A stretch of DNA of 64,000 nt from Octopus sinensis (GCF_006345805.1 NC_043002.1:8246001-8310000); one strand, 5' to 3'; shown: positions 1-12,690, counted from the first letter of the stretch. Made by a program: numbers and translations. Notes: a model not told the origin generated them from the sequence alone.

Positions 1-497
1 TGGCTTTAATAGAACTGCAAAAAGCCAGGTTGGAGGCCTAACCTCCTGAGTTCTTTTATAGGTTAAAAAAAACTTAAGGACCACTGCAATAAGTGTGTGA
101 ATCTGAGAGGGGAACATATTGAATAAAGATCACAATTAATTGATCCTCCTGTATTTTCTTTTACCCAAAGCCAGGAACTTTTTAGCGTCCCCTTGTATAT
201 GTGTGTGTATGCCTGCGTGTATACGTATGTATGTATGTATAACCTCATAACTTTGCTATATGGTCATGAAATTCACTTCACTTAACTACGTGGTTTCAGG
301 TTAGAACCCACATAACACCTAGGCTCCCACAACTACCTCAGAGGCTGACTGATTCTTTACGAATGAAATTCAGAAGATAGAAACTGTACAAAAGCTCATC
401 ATATGTGTGTAAATATGTGTGTGTGTGTGAATGTTTATCTCCATGTATCTTCACATTGACACTATTTGAATTAACAGTGACATTCTGCTTACTTCTA

Positions 498-1090
498 TCA
501 TCATCATCATCGTCTAACGTCCGCTTTCCATGCTAGCATGGGCTGGACGGTTTGACTGAGGGCTGGCGAACCAGACGGCTGCACCAGGCTCCAATCTTGA
601 TTTGGCAGAGTTTCTACAGCTGGATGCCCTTCCTAATGCCAACCACTCCGAGAGTGTAGTGGGTGCTTTTACGTGCCACCGACACAGGGGCCAGTCAGAC
701 GGTACTGGCAACGACCTCGCTCGAATATTTTTACACATGCCACCAGCACACGTGCCAGTAAGGCGACGTTGGTAACGATCACGCTCGAATGGTGCCCTTT
801 TATGTGCCACTGGCACGTAAGCCAGTTGGCTGCTCTGGCAACGATCATGCTCGGATGGTGCTCTTGGCACCCTACTAGCACAGGCACAAGTGCTAGTAAG
901 GCAACGCTGGTAATGATCACACTTGAATGGTGGATTTTATGTGCCACTGGCATGGAAGCCGGTTAGCTGCTCTGTCAACGATCACGCTCATATGGTGCTC
1001 TTTGCACCCCGCTAGTACGGATGCCAGTTATCGAATGTGATTTTGATTTTGATTTGATTTGATTTCACTTACCCCAACAGGTCTTCATAA
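498..1090 (-). mobile_element. RTE 3' UTR copy with diverged hairpin array
   Basis: (CAT)n, CCATGCTAGCATGG, GGATGCCCTTCC, array units, then GATTTCACTT..CAGGTCTTC. Confidence 0.9.
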
Positions 1091-1389
1091 ACAGTAATCC
1101 ATAGCTCAGTGGTTTCAACTTGTGAGGACCAGGGAGACAAAATATTTGATTATGTCGTAGATTTTGTTCCATAGTTTCAGTTGTTGAAGAGTAAAGAGAT
1201 GTATGTGTATGATCATTTATCTGTCTATATGGAAATGATTTAAAAAAAAAAACAATCTTACATATGATTCATTGTGGGTTCTTACACCATCATCAAACAC
1301 CTGCTTTCCATGCTTTGTCACAGACTGGCGATTCAGTTCATCTCTAGCTCAGTTCATGTACATGATGTCAATAAGCCACAAAAATGATG

Positions 1390-1795
1390 ATGATCATCAT
1401 CGTTTAACGTCCGTTTTCCGTGCTAGCATGGGTTGGATGGTTCGACCAAGGTCTGGGAAGCCAGGAGGCTGCACCAGGCTCCAGTCTCATCTGGCAGTGT
1501 TTCTACAGCTGGATGCCCTTCCTAATGCCAACCACTCCATGAGTGTAGTGGGTGCTTTTTACGTGCCACCAGCACAGGGGCCAGGGGAGGCTGGCAACGG
1601 CCATGATCAGTTGGTGCTTTTTATGTGCCACCAGCACGAAAGCCAGTCAAGGTGGTGCTGGCATCGACCATGTACGGATGGTGCTTTTTATGTGCCAGGG
1701 GAGGCTGGCTACAGCCATGATCGGTTGATGGTTTTTACATGTCACCAACACGGAAGCCAGTCAAGGCAGCGCTGGCATCGGCCACATACGGATAT
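1390..1795 (-). mobile_element. RTE 3' UTR copy
   Basis: Same diagnostic tail and array motifs as 37480-37650, on the reverse strand. Confidence 0.85.
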
Positions 1796-2369
1796 CCATC
1801 ACACTTGGATGGGACTGGTACTTATTCAATTGGTCCACTTTGCTGAACCAGTAAGTTATGGGGATATAAACATGCCCACCCTGGTTGTTAAGCAGTGGTG
1901 GGGGACAAACACACACAAACTTTGGTTAGCGCAAGGCTATAGCAGAATACACTTGCCCAAGATTACATGCAATGGGACTGAACCCGGAACCATGTGGTTG
2001 GGAAGCAAGTTTCCTACCACATAGCTATAACTTTTACTTGTTTCAGCCATTAGACTGAGGCCATGCTGGGGTACCATCTTGAGGGATTTTAGTTGAACTA
2101 ATCAACCCCAGTAGGAGTGAACCCAGAACCATGCAGTTAGGAGGCACACTTCTTACCACACAGCCACATCTGCGCCAGTACTTAGGGAGTTTGCCTCCTT
2201 TGTCAGTAAATAATGTGCGTTATTGTGGCTATGAGTTGTTTTGACTCTTATTTCTAGCAATACTGGTACCTAATAGTGCATTCAGTCTCTTTAGTGACTT
2301 ATATATTTTTGCCCTTCGGCTGAAAAATTGTTAACAAGCCACCCTTATTAGATATATACATAGATAGAT

Positions 2370-2690
2370 TCTTTTACTTGTTTCAGTAATTTGACTGCAG
2401 CCATGCTGGAGCACCACCTTAAAGGGTTTTAGATGAAGAAACCAAGTACTTATTCCCAGCCCAGTACTTATTCTATCAGTCTCTTTTGTCGAACCACTAA
2501 GTAACAGGGACATAAACAGACACAAAAAACACACATACATGAATATATAGATATACAAGTTTCTTTCAGTTTCCGTCTACCAAATCCACTCACAAGGCTT
2601 TGGTCGGCCCAAGGTTATAAAAGAAGACACTTGCAAAAGGTAGCACGCAGTGGGACTGAACCTGGAACTATATAGCTGGGAAGCAAAATT
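2370..2690 (-). mobile_element. tRNA-derived CORE-type SINE family C (further decayed copies at 1810-2030 and 2033-2180)
   Basis: Reverse complement of the family head (GGTTCAGTCCC B box), core and 3' tail. Confidence 0.8.
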
Positions 2691-3442
2691 TTAAATCAAT
2701 TGTATATAGGGTAAAGTAAAATGTTTTATTTGAAAACGATTTTTTTTTTTCAAGTACACAAGACCCACATATCTTCTTTTCCTTAAAATTCTTGTTGCCC
2801 TAAATTAAAAGTGCTCGAGTCATGACCACCCTCCCCACCCCAGATAGATTGAATTTAAACTACACTATCAGTTTTTTTTTTTATGGTAAGACGAACGTGA
2901 AAATATATCTTTGCAAAATTTCGTTATAATTTTGCACATTTCAGAAACCTATGAGGCAAGTCGAAAGGGCGTGATACTATTTTCGTTGTACACAGAAAGA
3001 TATAATTACTTATATATCTTTCTAGGCTGATTGGTTACTTTTCAAAGAATAAGCACCCATCTGCCTAGCAATCGGTGTATGTACAGAGAATGAGACTAGG
3101 CGTAAGTCAGTTAGTCAGACTAGGTGTAATTGTTGTTTAGCCCAGGACAACTCTGACTAAGATTACTCAAGCCATGACAAACAAGTCTTTTGTTTACTTT
3201 GCTTATGTTTTTCATACAGAGTATATCCAGGATCAGACTATATCATGTGCTTTTCAGAGCTTCCCTTCAATTGATCGCCCTGCTAAGAATAGTAGCCAAA
3301 TCTCTCTGAAATCACACCCTAAGCATAATATAGTTGTAGATACTTCTTAAAAACAGGAGGGTCACAGTTGAGATGCCTTTGATCATAGGTCTGTTTGATA
3401 TGGATTCTCTGTCTTCCAAATTATAATTCCATTTTTATACTG

Positions 3443-4012
3443 GGATGCCGCTGGCAGAATCGTTAGCACGCCGGGCAAAATGCTTAGCGGTATTTCGTCT
3501 GCCGCTACGTTCTGAGTTCAAATTCCGCCGAGGTCGACTTTGCCTTTCATCCTTTCGGGATCGATTAAATAAGTGCCTGTTATGCACTGGGGTCGATATA
3601 ATCGACTTAATCCGTTTGTCTGTCCTTGTTTGTCCCCTCTGTGTTTAGCCCCTTGTGGGCAATAAAGAAATAGGTATTTCGTCTGTCTTTACGTTCCAAG
3701 TTCAAATTTCGCCGAGGTTGACTTTGCCTTTCATCCTTTCGGGGTCAATTAAATAAGTACCAGTTACGCACTGGGGTCGATGTAATCGACTTAATCCGTT
3801 TATCTGTCCTTGTTTGTCCCCTCTGTGTTTAGCCCCTTATGGGTAGTAAAGAAATAGGCCTTTCGTCTGTCTTTATGTTCTGAGTTCAAATTCCGCCGAT
3901 GTCAACTTTACCTTTCATCCTTTCTGGGTCGATAAATTAAGTACTAGGGTCGATCTAATCGACTGGCCCCCTCCCCCAAAATTCCGGGTTTTGTGCATAA
4001 AGTAGAAAAGGA
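3443..4012 (+). mobile_element. tRNA-derived SINE family B, three tandem units
   Basis: A box TGGCAGAATCGTTAG, B box GAGTTCAAATTCC and a central GCCTTTCATCCTTTCGGGGTCGAT..AAGTACCAG domain (Meta/Deu-type SINE core, recalled). Units 2 and 3 start after the A box. Confidence 0.85.
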
Positions 4013-4218
4013 TATGTTAGTCACTTGTGTGCCCCTTCTGCTCCCTATTCAAATCTCGCGTTGTTACATCTTCAGGGATCAGCTGATATAGTTGAGTATT
4101 GTCTTCGAGTCAGCTGACAGTGGGAAGGGGTTAATAATGTGTCCCTTAAAAAAAACCCAAAAAAATACAGGCAGGGATTTCAGCTACTATTTATTTTAGG
4201 TTCAACAACCACGTTGTA

Positions 4219-4492
4219 TTTTCTTTTTGTGCCTTATTATTTAACACACTCACCGGTAAAATTTCCGCTTTTTTCTTATTTCTATTTTTATTTTCCTAAA
4301 ATTTTCGTTTCGTCTTGCAACATTTTCAACGAAAATTTTAGGAAAATAAAAATAAGAAAAAAGTAGAAATTTTACCGGTGAATGTGTTATATTATAAGGC
4401 ACGAAAAGAAAATGACTCTCCCCAGACAAAACAAAATATGCTTCAACACACGAACTCATATAAAGAATCTTGCAAACCAACCCCCAAAACGG
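4219..4492. mobile_element. Fold-back repeat with 12-bp TSD (family copy at 11040-11370)
   Basis: Internal inverted arms (TTTTCTTTTTGTGCCTTAT..CACTCACCGGTAAAATTT). Direct repeat AACCACGTTGTA at 4207-4218 and 4493-4504. Confidence 0.75.
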
Positions 4493-5364
4493 AACCACGT
4501 TGTAGTACGCAGGATGTATTGACGCTGATCGTGTAAAAGGAATTAAATGATACAGATGATTAAGAGGACTAAAATACATAATTCTATGTTATGTTACATT
4601 ATAGGCGTTTGGAAGAAACATTTTCTTCCCTTCATGCGAGTGCATTCTGTATTTGTATATAATTTTGCTTCTTTTGTTATTCTGTTCTCGCCAGAAGCGA
4701 ATGTTACGAGAGAGCATTTACGTAAATGATCGCTCAACTTCCCAGTAAAACCACCCACCTTTCTGTCAAACCAAACCCTACCGTCTTGAAAGTTAAAGGA
4801 CACTTCGGATAATTTAGTAGAGAAAAACACGAAAAAAAAAAAAAAAAGCTGAGTTGATCATAGGTCGGCCCGTACAGGTCCAATCTAGAGGCTAAGCAAC
4901 AGTGACGAATATAATATAAGTTTAAAAGTAATTGTTAGCATATACATAATACGTGTGTAAGTAGAAAGGCACACAGAGAGGACAATGGGATCTTAGACGC
5001 GGCCCTCTTTCGTTATTCCATTCACATCTTGGACAGATTATAGGAATATGATTCGACCCAGTACTTTCTTTGTTCGGTCTGTTAAAAACAGCAGACAAAA
5101 AATCTTCCTCCCACTCCAATAGTCTTAGAAAAAAAAATCAAAATTAAAAAATTAAAAACCAGCTACATTGCATAATGTAGTTCTAGATATTCTCTGTCTG
5201 GGACAAAAAAGTGAGATGGTTACGATGGGATCTTTGATCATAGATCTGCTTCATCAGGGATGGCATTAACATAAAAAGACGACCCACAAGCTAATGATGG
5301 AGCCCCCTATATGTTCGTTCCACTTGGAAACAGCAGCAAACTTCTTTCAAATCACACCAACCTC

Positions 5365-5400
<36 letters not shown>

Positions 5401-7608
5401 CTGAAAAGGCGAGATATAAACAGAATACCTATTGATCGCAGTTCTGCTCAAGAGCTGATATAGGGTTACACGAAACGTGTGTATGTATGTGTCTGAGTAT
5501 TTATCTACATACACACGTATTGTGTAATGCTAACGATTACATTTATATATCTACGCATACATCTAGATCACTGATTCTTAACCGGGTTTAATATCAGGAT
5601 ACCGGTAGAGTGAAGAATTTAGGGAACCCAGTGGCGAAACTGTTTTTATGTCGAAAAATTCTTTATCATTATTCACAAGTTCTACTACATTTTCCTTGAC
5701 AGTGATTTAAAAGATGCTAATGTTTAATATACGGCTGTTAATGCTATGTAATATGTTTTGTGTACAAAACTGTCATATGTAGTGGAGAAAGCAGTTTGAT
5801 GTGCTAGCAAAGAGAGGGAAATGCAGAGAAAAGGTCAAGAAACACTGATGTATATATATATACCCACATCCATATAAAACACGCACATGCCAGTATTTTT
5901 CAAACACCAGGGGGAGTTTTAAAAGGGACTCAGATAGTTTAATCCGTGCGTTCACGATTAGGACGTCTTATGACCGATCAAGGGTGATCTGGATTAAACT
6001 AGCACATAGATAGCTATACACATAGACACATTTATACACAATCAAACATCCATATAAAAATAAACACACACAAGTGCGTGCCAATGAAGAGATAACACAA
6101 CACACACAAACCCGCTGAATTATTTTAGTCTTAGATCCTGTTGATAGCTACATAGTGACAGTAGTAGGATCTACTACCGATCTTCACTGTCTTAAAAAAC
6201 CACAACAAACGAAATAGTAGTGAGATGTGTATTTGGAATTGATAAACAGGAACAAATTTGTTCAATAAATAACGAATTAAAGAAAAAAATATTTTAATTA
6301 AATGATAAAACAGTCGCGAAAATACAAAATGATAATTATAAAACACACTAATTCGTTTTAATTCAAATTTATGGTTAAGGATGATTAGGGGACGAGGTAT
6401 GCTAATAAGCTTACACATACGATTAATAGATAGTAATTATAAAAATATAACCGGGGAAGCTAATTAGCGGTTGTATCGTTTTTCAACTGCCACCACAACA
6501 CAAGAAAGGCATGAACATCGCACAATCTTATTTCATCCCTTTCTGTGTTATTGTGTCTCTAAAGCAACAAGGGGATTTTGGAATGGCTAGCTTTCGAAGA
6601 CACACACCTTATGAGAAAATAAAAGGGTACGGAGGGGCAAAATGTAAACAATGGAAATTTCTAAAAAAATGTTTTACAGCATCCTTTGTATTAAACACAG
6701 GAACACAAACACACACACACACAGAGCTAGACTGATTGATTGATAAGATAGGTGTTTGCGAGTATATATATTTGCAGAAGACTATGGACATTAGGGTAGA
6801 AGCATCCGGTGAACCGGGTGCGCGGACTGGTTTCAATGTTTTGGGTAAAAAAATTGCGTCGTTAATATTCTAAGAAAAGGCATCAACACCACCACTCCAA
6901 TGAATGAGACAATTAAACTACTTCTTTGTGTGGGACCTCCTCTCCTGTCTTTCGTTCAAGGTCAATAGAGGAAGAAGAAAAGAGCGAATGATTTAAAAAA
7001 TCTGATCAGAAAGGAAAAGAAGTTGAATTCAGGCAGAAATGACGATTCCAACACTAAAAGAAAACTACAAAGGGTACCGCTTTCATGACACCAGTTACAA
7101 ATGAGACTGCTTTAGATTTAAAGAACGGTTGAATCGAGATTGAACAATGTTCGTATTTTTCTAAAAGGTACAACTGACTTGAAAAAGTTGGAATATGTCC
7201 AACCAAGAATTGGAACCTAATGTGTCGCTCATCGAAAGCTTATTCCCTCCGAAGGTAGGAAATAAAGTAGACTAACACACACTCACTCACTCTTTCTTTC
7301 TTTCTTTCTCTCTCTCTCTCTCTCTCACAAACACACACACACAAAGAAAATAATAAATAAACTAAATAACGAAAGCAACAAGCCTCAAAGTAAGGACTTG
7401 TGGTGTGTTTTGGTGTTTACAAAGAATATCGGCAATAAAATAGCTTCAACCAGAAATCGAAACTGAATACATACGCATTGATGTAAAATCCGAGGAAACT
7501 GAATTGATAAATAAAAACACGAAACAAGATGAGAACAAATACACAGAAATGAGCAACACGTATATAACTAATTAATAAAAATATAAGGGAAATATTCTAG
7601 ATAATTAC

Positions 7609-7870
7609 CTGAAACCGGTTTAAATTTGTAAGTAGGGTAAGTGAGAGCCCTGCATGAGGGGCAGTGGAACACTCCCTTGCGGAAGATGTCACTTTTGTGA
7701 CTGTCAACGTGGTTTTGTAGGCACTGCATACAAAATGAATGCTGGCAAGGTAAGACACGGGGGTCTCTGAATTCGTCCAGACAGATTGGGCAGAGGTCCA
7801 TGTCGACAACAGCAGTCGAATGGCTGTCTGAACCAACTGGCAGTAGTTTGTTCGTCTTGCCAGTCGCCAT
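7609..7870 (-). CDS. First coding exon of a RING-finger (C3HC4) protein, TRIM-like E3 ubiquitin ligase
   Basis: Translation gives MATGKTNKLL...DLCPICLDEFRDPRVLPCQHSFCMQCLQNHVD...FHCPSCR, a canonical TRIM-type RING with the 'PRVLPCQHSFC' motif. The exon ends at a CAG|GTAATT donor at 7609/7608 (phase 1). A TTTGTTAG acceptor lies 12 nt upstream of the ATG (exon start 7882). Confidence 0.85.
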
Positions 7871-8171
7871 GTCTTTCCGTGTCTAACAAAAGTGATGCAG
7901 TAGCAGCAGCAAAGCGCACTTGTCTCTCTCTCTCCCCACACTCTCTCTCTTTCTTTCTTTCTTTCTTTCAGACAATCCACGAATGGTACAAGAGTGAGTG
8001 AATATATGAATGAATGAATGAATGCACGGTTTTGTGTATATATACGTGTTTATAACACCCACCACTACACACACACATATATATGTGTATATATACAAAA
8101 TATGAATTAGAGATAAAACCACTATTATGCAACTCAAACAGTGATTGACATAAACCAATACATAAATAACA

Positions 8172-8221
8172 AATAATATAATATAATTAATATAATATAT
8201 ATATTATATATATATATATAT

Positions 8222-8283
<62 letters not shown>

Positions 8284-8377
8284 TGTATATATATATATAT
8301 AAAATAAAATATATAAATATAAATATATATATATATAAATATAAATATATATATATATAATATATAATATAATATAT

Positions 8378-8408
<31 letters not shown>

Positions 8409-8445
8409 ATATAAATATATATAATATAAATATAAATATATATAT

Positions 8446-8478
<33 letters not shown>

Positions 8479-8509
8479 TAAAAATATATATATATATAAA
8501 AATATATAT

Positions 8510-8540
<31 letters not shown>

Positions 8541-8579
8541 AAAAAATATATATATATATAAAATATATATATATAATAT

Positions 8580-8611
<32 letters not shown>

Positions 8612-8686
8612 AATATATATATATATAAATATATATATATATAAATAATATATATATATATATAAATATATATATATATAATATAT

Positions 8687-8717
<31 letters not shown>

Positions 8718-8738
8718 AATATATATATCTATATATAA

Positions 8739-8792
<54 letters not shown>
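8172..8792. repeat. About 620-bp interrupted (TA)n/(TAAA) microsatellite
   Basis: Almost exclusively A/T, directly visible. Confidence 0.98.
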
Positions 8793-8795
<3 letters not shown>

Positions 8796-8879
8796 CAAAA
8801 AAAGTATAAAAAGAATGATAAATATATTATATTTATCATTTTTTTTACACTGTTATACTTTTTTGAAAAAAATATATAT

Positions 8880-8946
8880 ATGGCGGTGCCCCAGCATGGC
8901 CACAGCTCGTGAGCTGAAACTAGATAAAATAAAAAATAAAATAAAA
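8880..8946 (+). mobile_element. Isolated retroposon 3' tail related to the SINE C tail
   Basis: GGCGGTGCCCCAGCATGGCCACAGCTCGTGAGCTGAAACTAGAT followed by (AAAAT)n. Confidence 0.7.
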
Positions 8947-10653
8947 TATATTTATATATATTATATTATATTAATTATATATATTATTTGTTATTTATGT
9001 ATTGGTTTATGTCTATCACTCTTTGAGTTGCATAATAGTGGTTTTATCTCTAATTTATATTTTATATATTTATACTGTGAAATTTGATTTAATACTGAAT
9101 TGAATTTTTCCCTGTAAATTTGGAGCTATACTCCCTAATATTATTATTATGTGTGTGCGTGTGTGTGTGTTGCAAATGAACTGGTTTACAAGCCTTTATA
9201 TACATGTCACTCTTATTTGTTACATATTTTATTTCAGTTGCGTTCGTATTGTTTATATACACGTGTATATTTCGAAACTGCATATATTAATTAAATAGTA
9301 CTTTCGCACAAACAAACATGCATACAAACATATGTAAACGAGTGGAAGAATGAGGCAGAAATGAAATAAAAGAGGTTTGGAGAGAAATGCGGTGTGAATG
9401 AATAGAAGGAAGACAGAAGGAGAGCAAGAACGAGAAGGGAGATGTTTATAGCAGACTGGAAATCGATAGTCTTTGCTTGCCGTCGGTTATTATAGTCAGT
9501 GGTGACAGCTAGCAAGCTTGCATGCTCTTATTTCCAAAGAGGGTGAAGCGAAATGGCCAATCTTAGAACAAAACCCTTCAGATACAACATAAGAGTCACG
9601 AAAATTAATCACTAGTTTGAGCCTCTCAAGCACGTTTACTTCATGACCTCTCAGACATACACCAACATCTCACCTCCATAATCGTTCGTGCGTTTTTACT
9701 TTTTTTTAGCTTTTTGGAAATTGCTCTTTTTTTTTCTGTTCTTCAGCTACTATTTTCAGTCTTTACTTTGTAATTTGCTTTGTTTCTAACCTGTTAAAAC
9801 AGTAAACAAAATGAAGCACACACTTAAAAGAAAGCTTAATACACGAAACGCATATATTGTTTAGATAATAAATTACGCCTAAAAAGCACTAATTGTCAGC
9901 ATATTAAATGCAGGAAGTAGCTAATTAGAAAAGCTATGAACTGGTAACTGATATTGAACATAAAGTCTTGTTAATTTGATGCGTTTGGCATTTACGGGAC
10001 ATTACTCTAGACGTGTTTTAGCCTTATGAAACCTCCTCAGCGAACATGTTCATTTCTCCTCCCCCAACAAGTATTAATTTGGTTCTTGTACATTACCTAA
10101 ATGATTTTTTTATTGCCACACCAAAAAGTGTGATAAAATAAGTTTTGCTTGATTATTGGAATCAACTAAATTAAATACAATCCCACTTCCTCTGAAAAAG
10201 AAAAAAATTTTGTGGTTTTCTACCTGTTAGAAATCATTATTTTTATGATTTTCTTTTTACAACCCTTGGTTATCTTAAATTTTCTATCACTTGACATTGA
10301 GTGGGTGAATGACATATCTCTCACTGGATAGAATGCTAAACTATCAATGGTAAATGTTTCATCTTCCTAAAACAAAATGCAATCAATAGATTTGTTGTAT
10401 CTTCTCCTTGGAAACATTACTGTACCATTCAAAAAACTCAAAGCACCAAAATTTCACCCGGTTTGTAAAGTAGGTTAGCATATTTAATGTAGTTTACCAA
10501 GAAATTTAATTAAAAGTACAGAAAAATGGTAATTTAAATGGCTAGCTGCCATCACAATAAATAAAGGCAGCGAGTGAGTTTGTTCTTCAATAGTAGGGCG
10601 ATAACTTTGGACAAGCTCTAGAATTATTAGACTTCATTAGTAAATCATAGTAA

Positions 10654-10873
10654 CCCTTTTGTTACTAACCCGGCCAAAACCGGCTCTGGCTCTGTGGTAA
10701 CATGTCTTGTTTTCATAAGTTTTAAATTAAAATCTTCCACCAAACCTTAGTCACAATTTATGTTCCTAACACTAGCTGAATGATAACAAAGTTATTTTAC
10801 TAAATTCCTTGTAATATTTAAAGTAATTGAAAGAAACACAGAGCATCTCAAAATAAATACAGTAACGAAAGGG
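10654..10873. mobile_element. piggyBac-type MITE
   Basis: TIRs CCCTTTTGTTACT / AGTAACGAAAGGG, with TTAA on the right and GTAA on the left. Confidence 0.8.
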
Positions 10874-11039
10874 TTAACTTGTTTCCTCTGTCTTACCAAC
10901 TAGGTTTTTTTGTACTCTTCACATGCTTCTGTAGATGTAAATACTACAAAGCCAAAGATATAAACATTTGAAAATAATGTCGTTACATTTTCAAAGTATT
11001 AAGTATAAAATATAATAGATGATAAAGTAACTCAGTTTA

Positions 11040-11370
11040 TTTCGTTTTTGGATTTGGTTTGCAAGATTCTTTATATGAGTTCGTTGGTTGAAGCATATTC
11101 TGTTGTGTCTGGGGAGAGTCATTTTCTTTTTGTGCCTCATTATGTAACACACTCACCGGGAAAATTTCCACGTTTTTCGTGTTTTTATTGTCCTAAAATT
11201 TTCATTGTGTCTTGCAACCTTTAGAGTCAAAACTATTGAAGAGGTTGCAAGACGCAACAAAAATTTTAGGAAAATAAAAATAAGAAAAAGTGGAAATTTT
11301 ACCCGTGAGTGTGTTACATAATAAGGCACAAAAAGAAAATAACTCTCCCCAGACACAATACAATATAACT
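11040..11370. mobile_element. Fold-back repeat, same family as 4219-4492
   Basis: Same arms and the same unique terminus (reverse complement of AAGAATCTTGCAAACC..AAAACG). Confidence 0.75.
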
Positions 11371-11626
11371 CAATATATCACATAGCTTATCTCTGATATT
11401 TTGAAGTGAAATGAGTAATGAGCAAATATTCTTCTCAGCTCTTTGATAGAATGTTAACTGTTGCTAACAAATAGTAGCTTTACTTAGAATTGAAAGACAC
11501 CTGAAAATTGTGCTGATGATGAACAAGGTAAGGCTTGATTGAAAGGAAATATGATTAAAGGCTTTCCAACCACAATCATCCTATTTTATTTTCTAGGTAC
11601 TGTATACTCAGTAGCACATTTTCTAA

Positions 11627-12310
11627 ATAATAATAATAATAATAATAATAATTGTGTACAGTGCTCAGGTGCACTACAACTCATCTAAAGTGTATATATA
11701 ATCAGGTGTAGTTTCGACGGATTTCGGGAAGCATGAGGGCCTTAAAGGATGCAGTGTCATGGCAGTCAACAACTGATGCAGGCAGTTTATTCCACGCTTC
11801 AGCAACCCTGAGCGTGAAAAAATGTTTCCGAAAGTCATGGGAGCTGTGCTGTTTTCTGACTTTGTAGGCATGTCCACGTGTGTTAGACACATGGAGATCA
11901 AAAAGGTGTTCAGTGTTGTTGTTGGTGAGGTGGTTGATAACCTTGTGGGTGTTTACCAAGTCCGTCGCCAGACGCCGGAGCTTCAGTGAATCCATGCCCA
12001 GGGAAACAAGGCGCTCAGAATATGGTAGGTGTCTGATGGAGGGTATGCGTTTGGTTGCACGTCTCTGGACAGATTCCAGGAGGTCAATGTTCTGAGCAAG
12101 ATAGGGATTCCAAACTGATGATGCGAATTCCAAGTGTGGTCGTACCATAGCTGTATACAGTTTTAAATAGATGGCTGGAGAGCGGCTAACAAAAGTCTTG
12201 CTGAGTGATGCCAAGACACCCTCGGCCTTCTTGACAATTTTAGAGATATGCTTTGTCCAACGCAAATCACTGCTGACAGTGATGCCTAGGTCACACTCGC
12301 AAGAGGATGA
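11627..12310 (-). mobile_element. CR1/L2-group LINE 3' end, 5'-truncated
   Basis: Open 187-aa RT C-terminus (LYTAMVRPHLEFASSVWNPY..LESVQRRATK..NTRGH..FFTLRVAEAWNKLP) followed by a 3' UTR and an (ATT)n tail at 11627-11652. Confidence 0.9.
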
Positions 12311-12485
12311 TGGTAGAGTTTGATTTGAGGAAGATTTGGCTGCTATTTCTCAGAAGTGAAGCAACTGTTTTGAAGCCCCCTCTTTGCTTCAACTATTTTG
12401 TTGGCTTGATTCCCTTATTAGCTATTATCCAATTAAGTCAACTGAAACAATTGGAATTGTGTACCTTATCCTAAAACAATAGAGT

Positions 12486-12690
12486 ATCATCATCATCATC
12501 GCTTAACGTCCATTTTCCATGCTAGCATGGGTTGGACGATTTTGACTGAGGGCTGGCGAACCAAATGGCTGCACCAGGCTCCAATCTTGATCTGGCAGAG
12601 TTTCTACAGCTGGATGCCCTTCCTAATGCCAACCACTCCGAGAGAGTAGTGGGTACTTTTTATATGCCACCGAACAGGGCCAGTCAGGCA
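12486..12690 (-). mobile_element. RTE 3' UTR copy
   Basis: (CAT)n tail, palindromic stem-loop and GGATGCCCTTCC. Confidence 0.9.

Noticed and set aside
4594-5119. Possible downstream RING-gene exons (DGRVWFDRK; CPRC..HCPLC)
   Set aside because: Weak AAG acceptors and no B-box or coiled-coil pattern. The Cys-rich frame is incompatible with the phase-1 donor at the nearby acceptor.
8187-8798. YIYI/HTHT/VCVC/poly-N and poly-I ORFs here and at 23.1-23.6, 25.4-26.2, 29.8-30.2, 52.6-52.9 and 58.6-59.0 kb
   Set aside because: They are translations of microsatellites.
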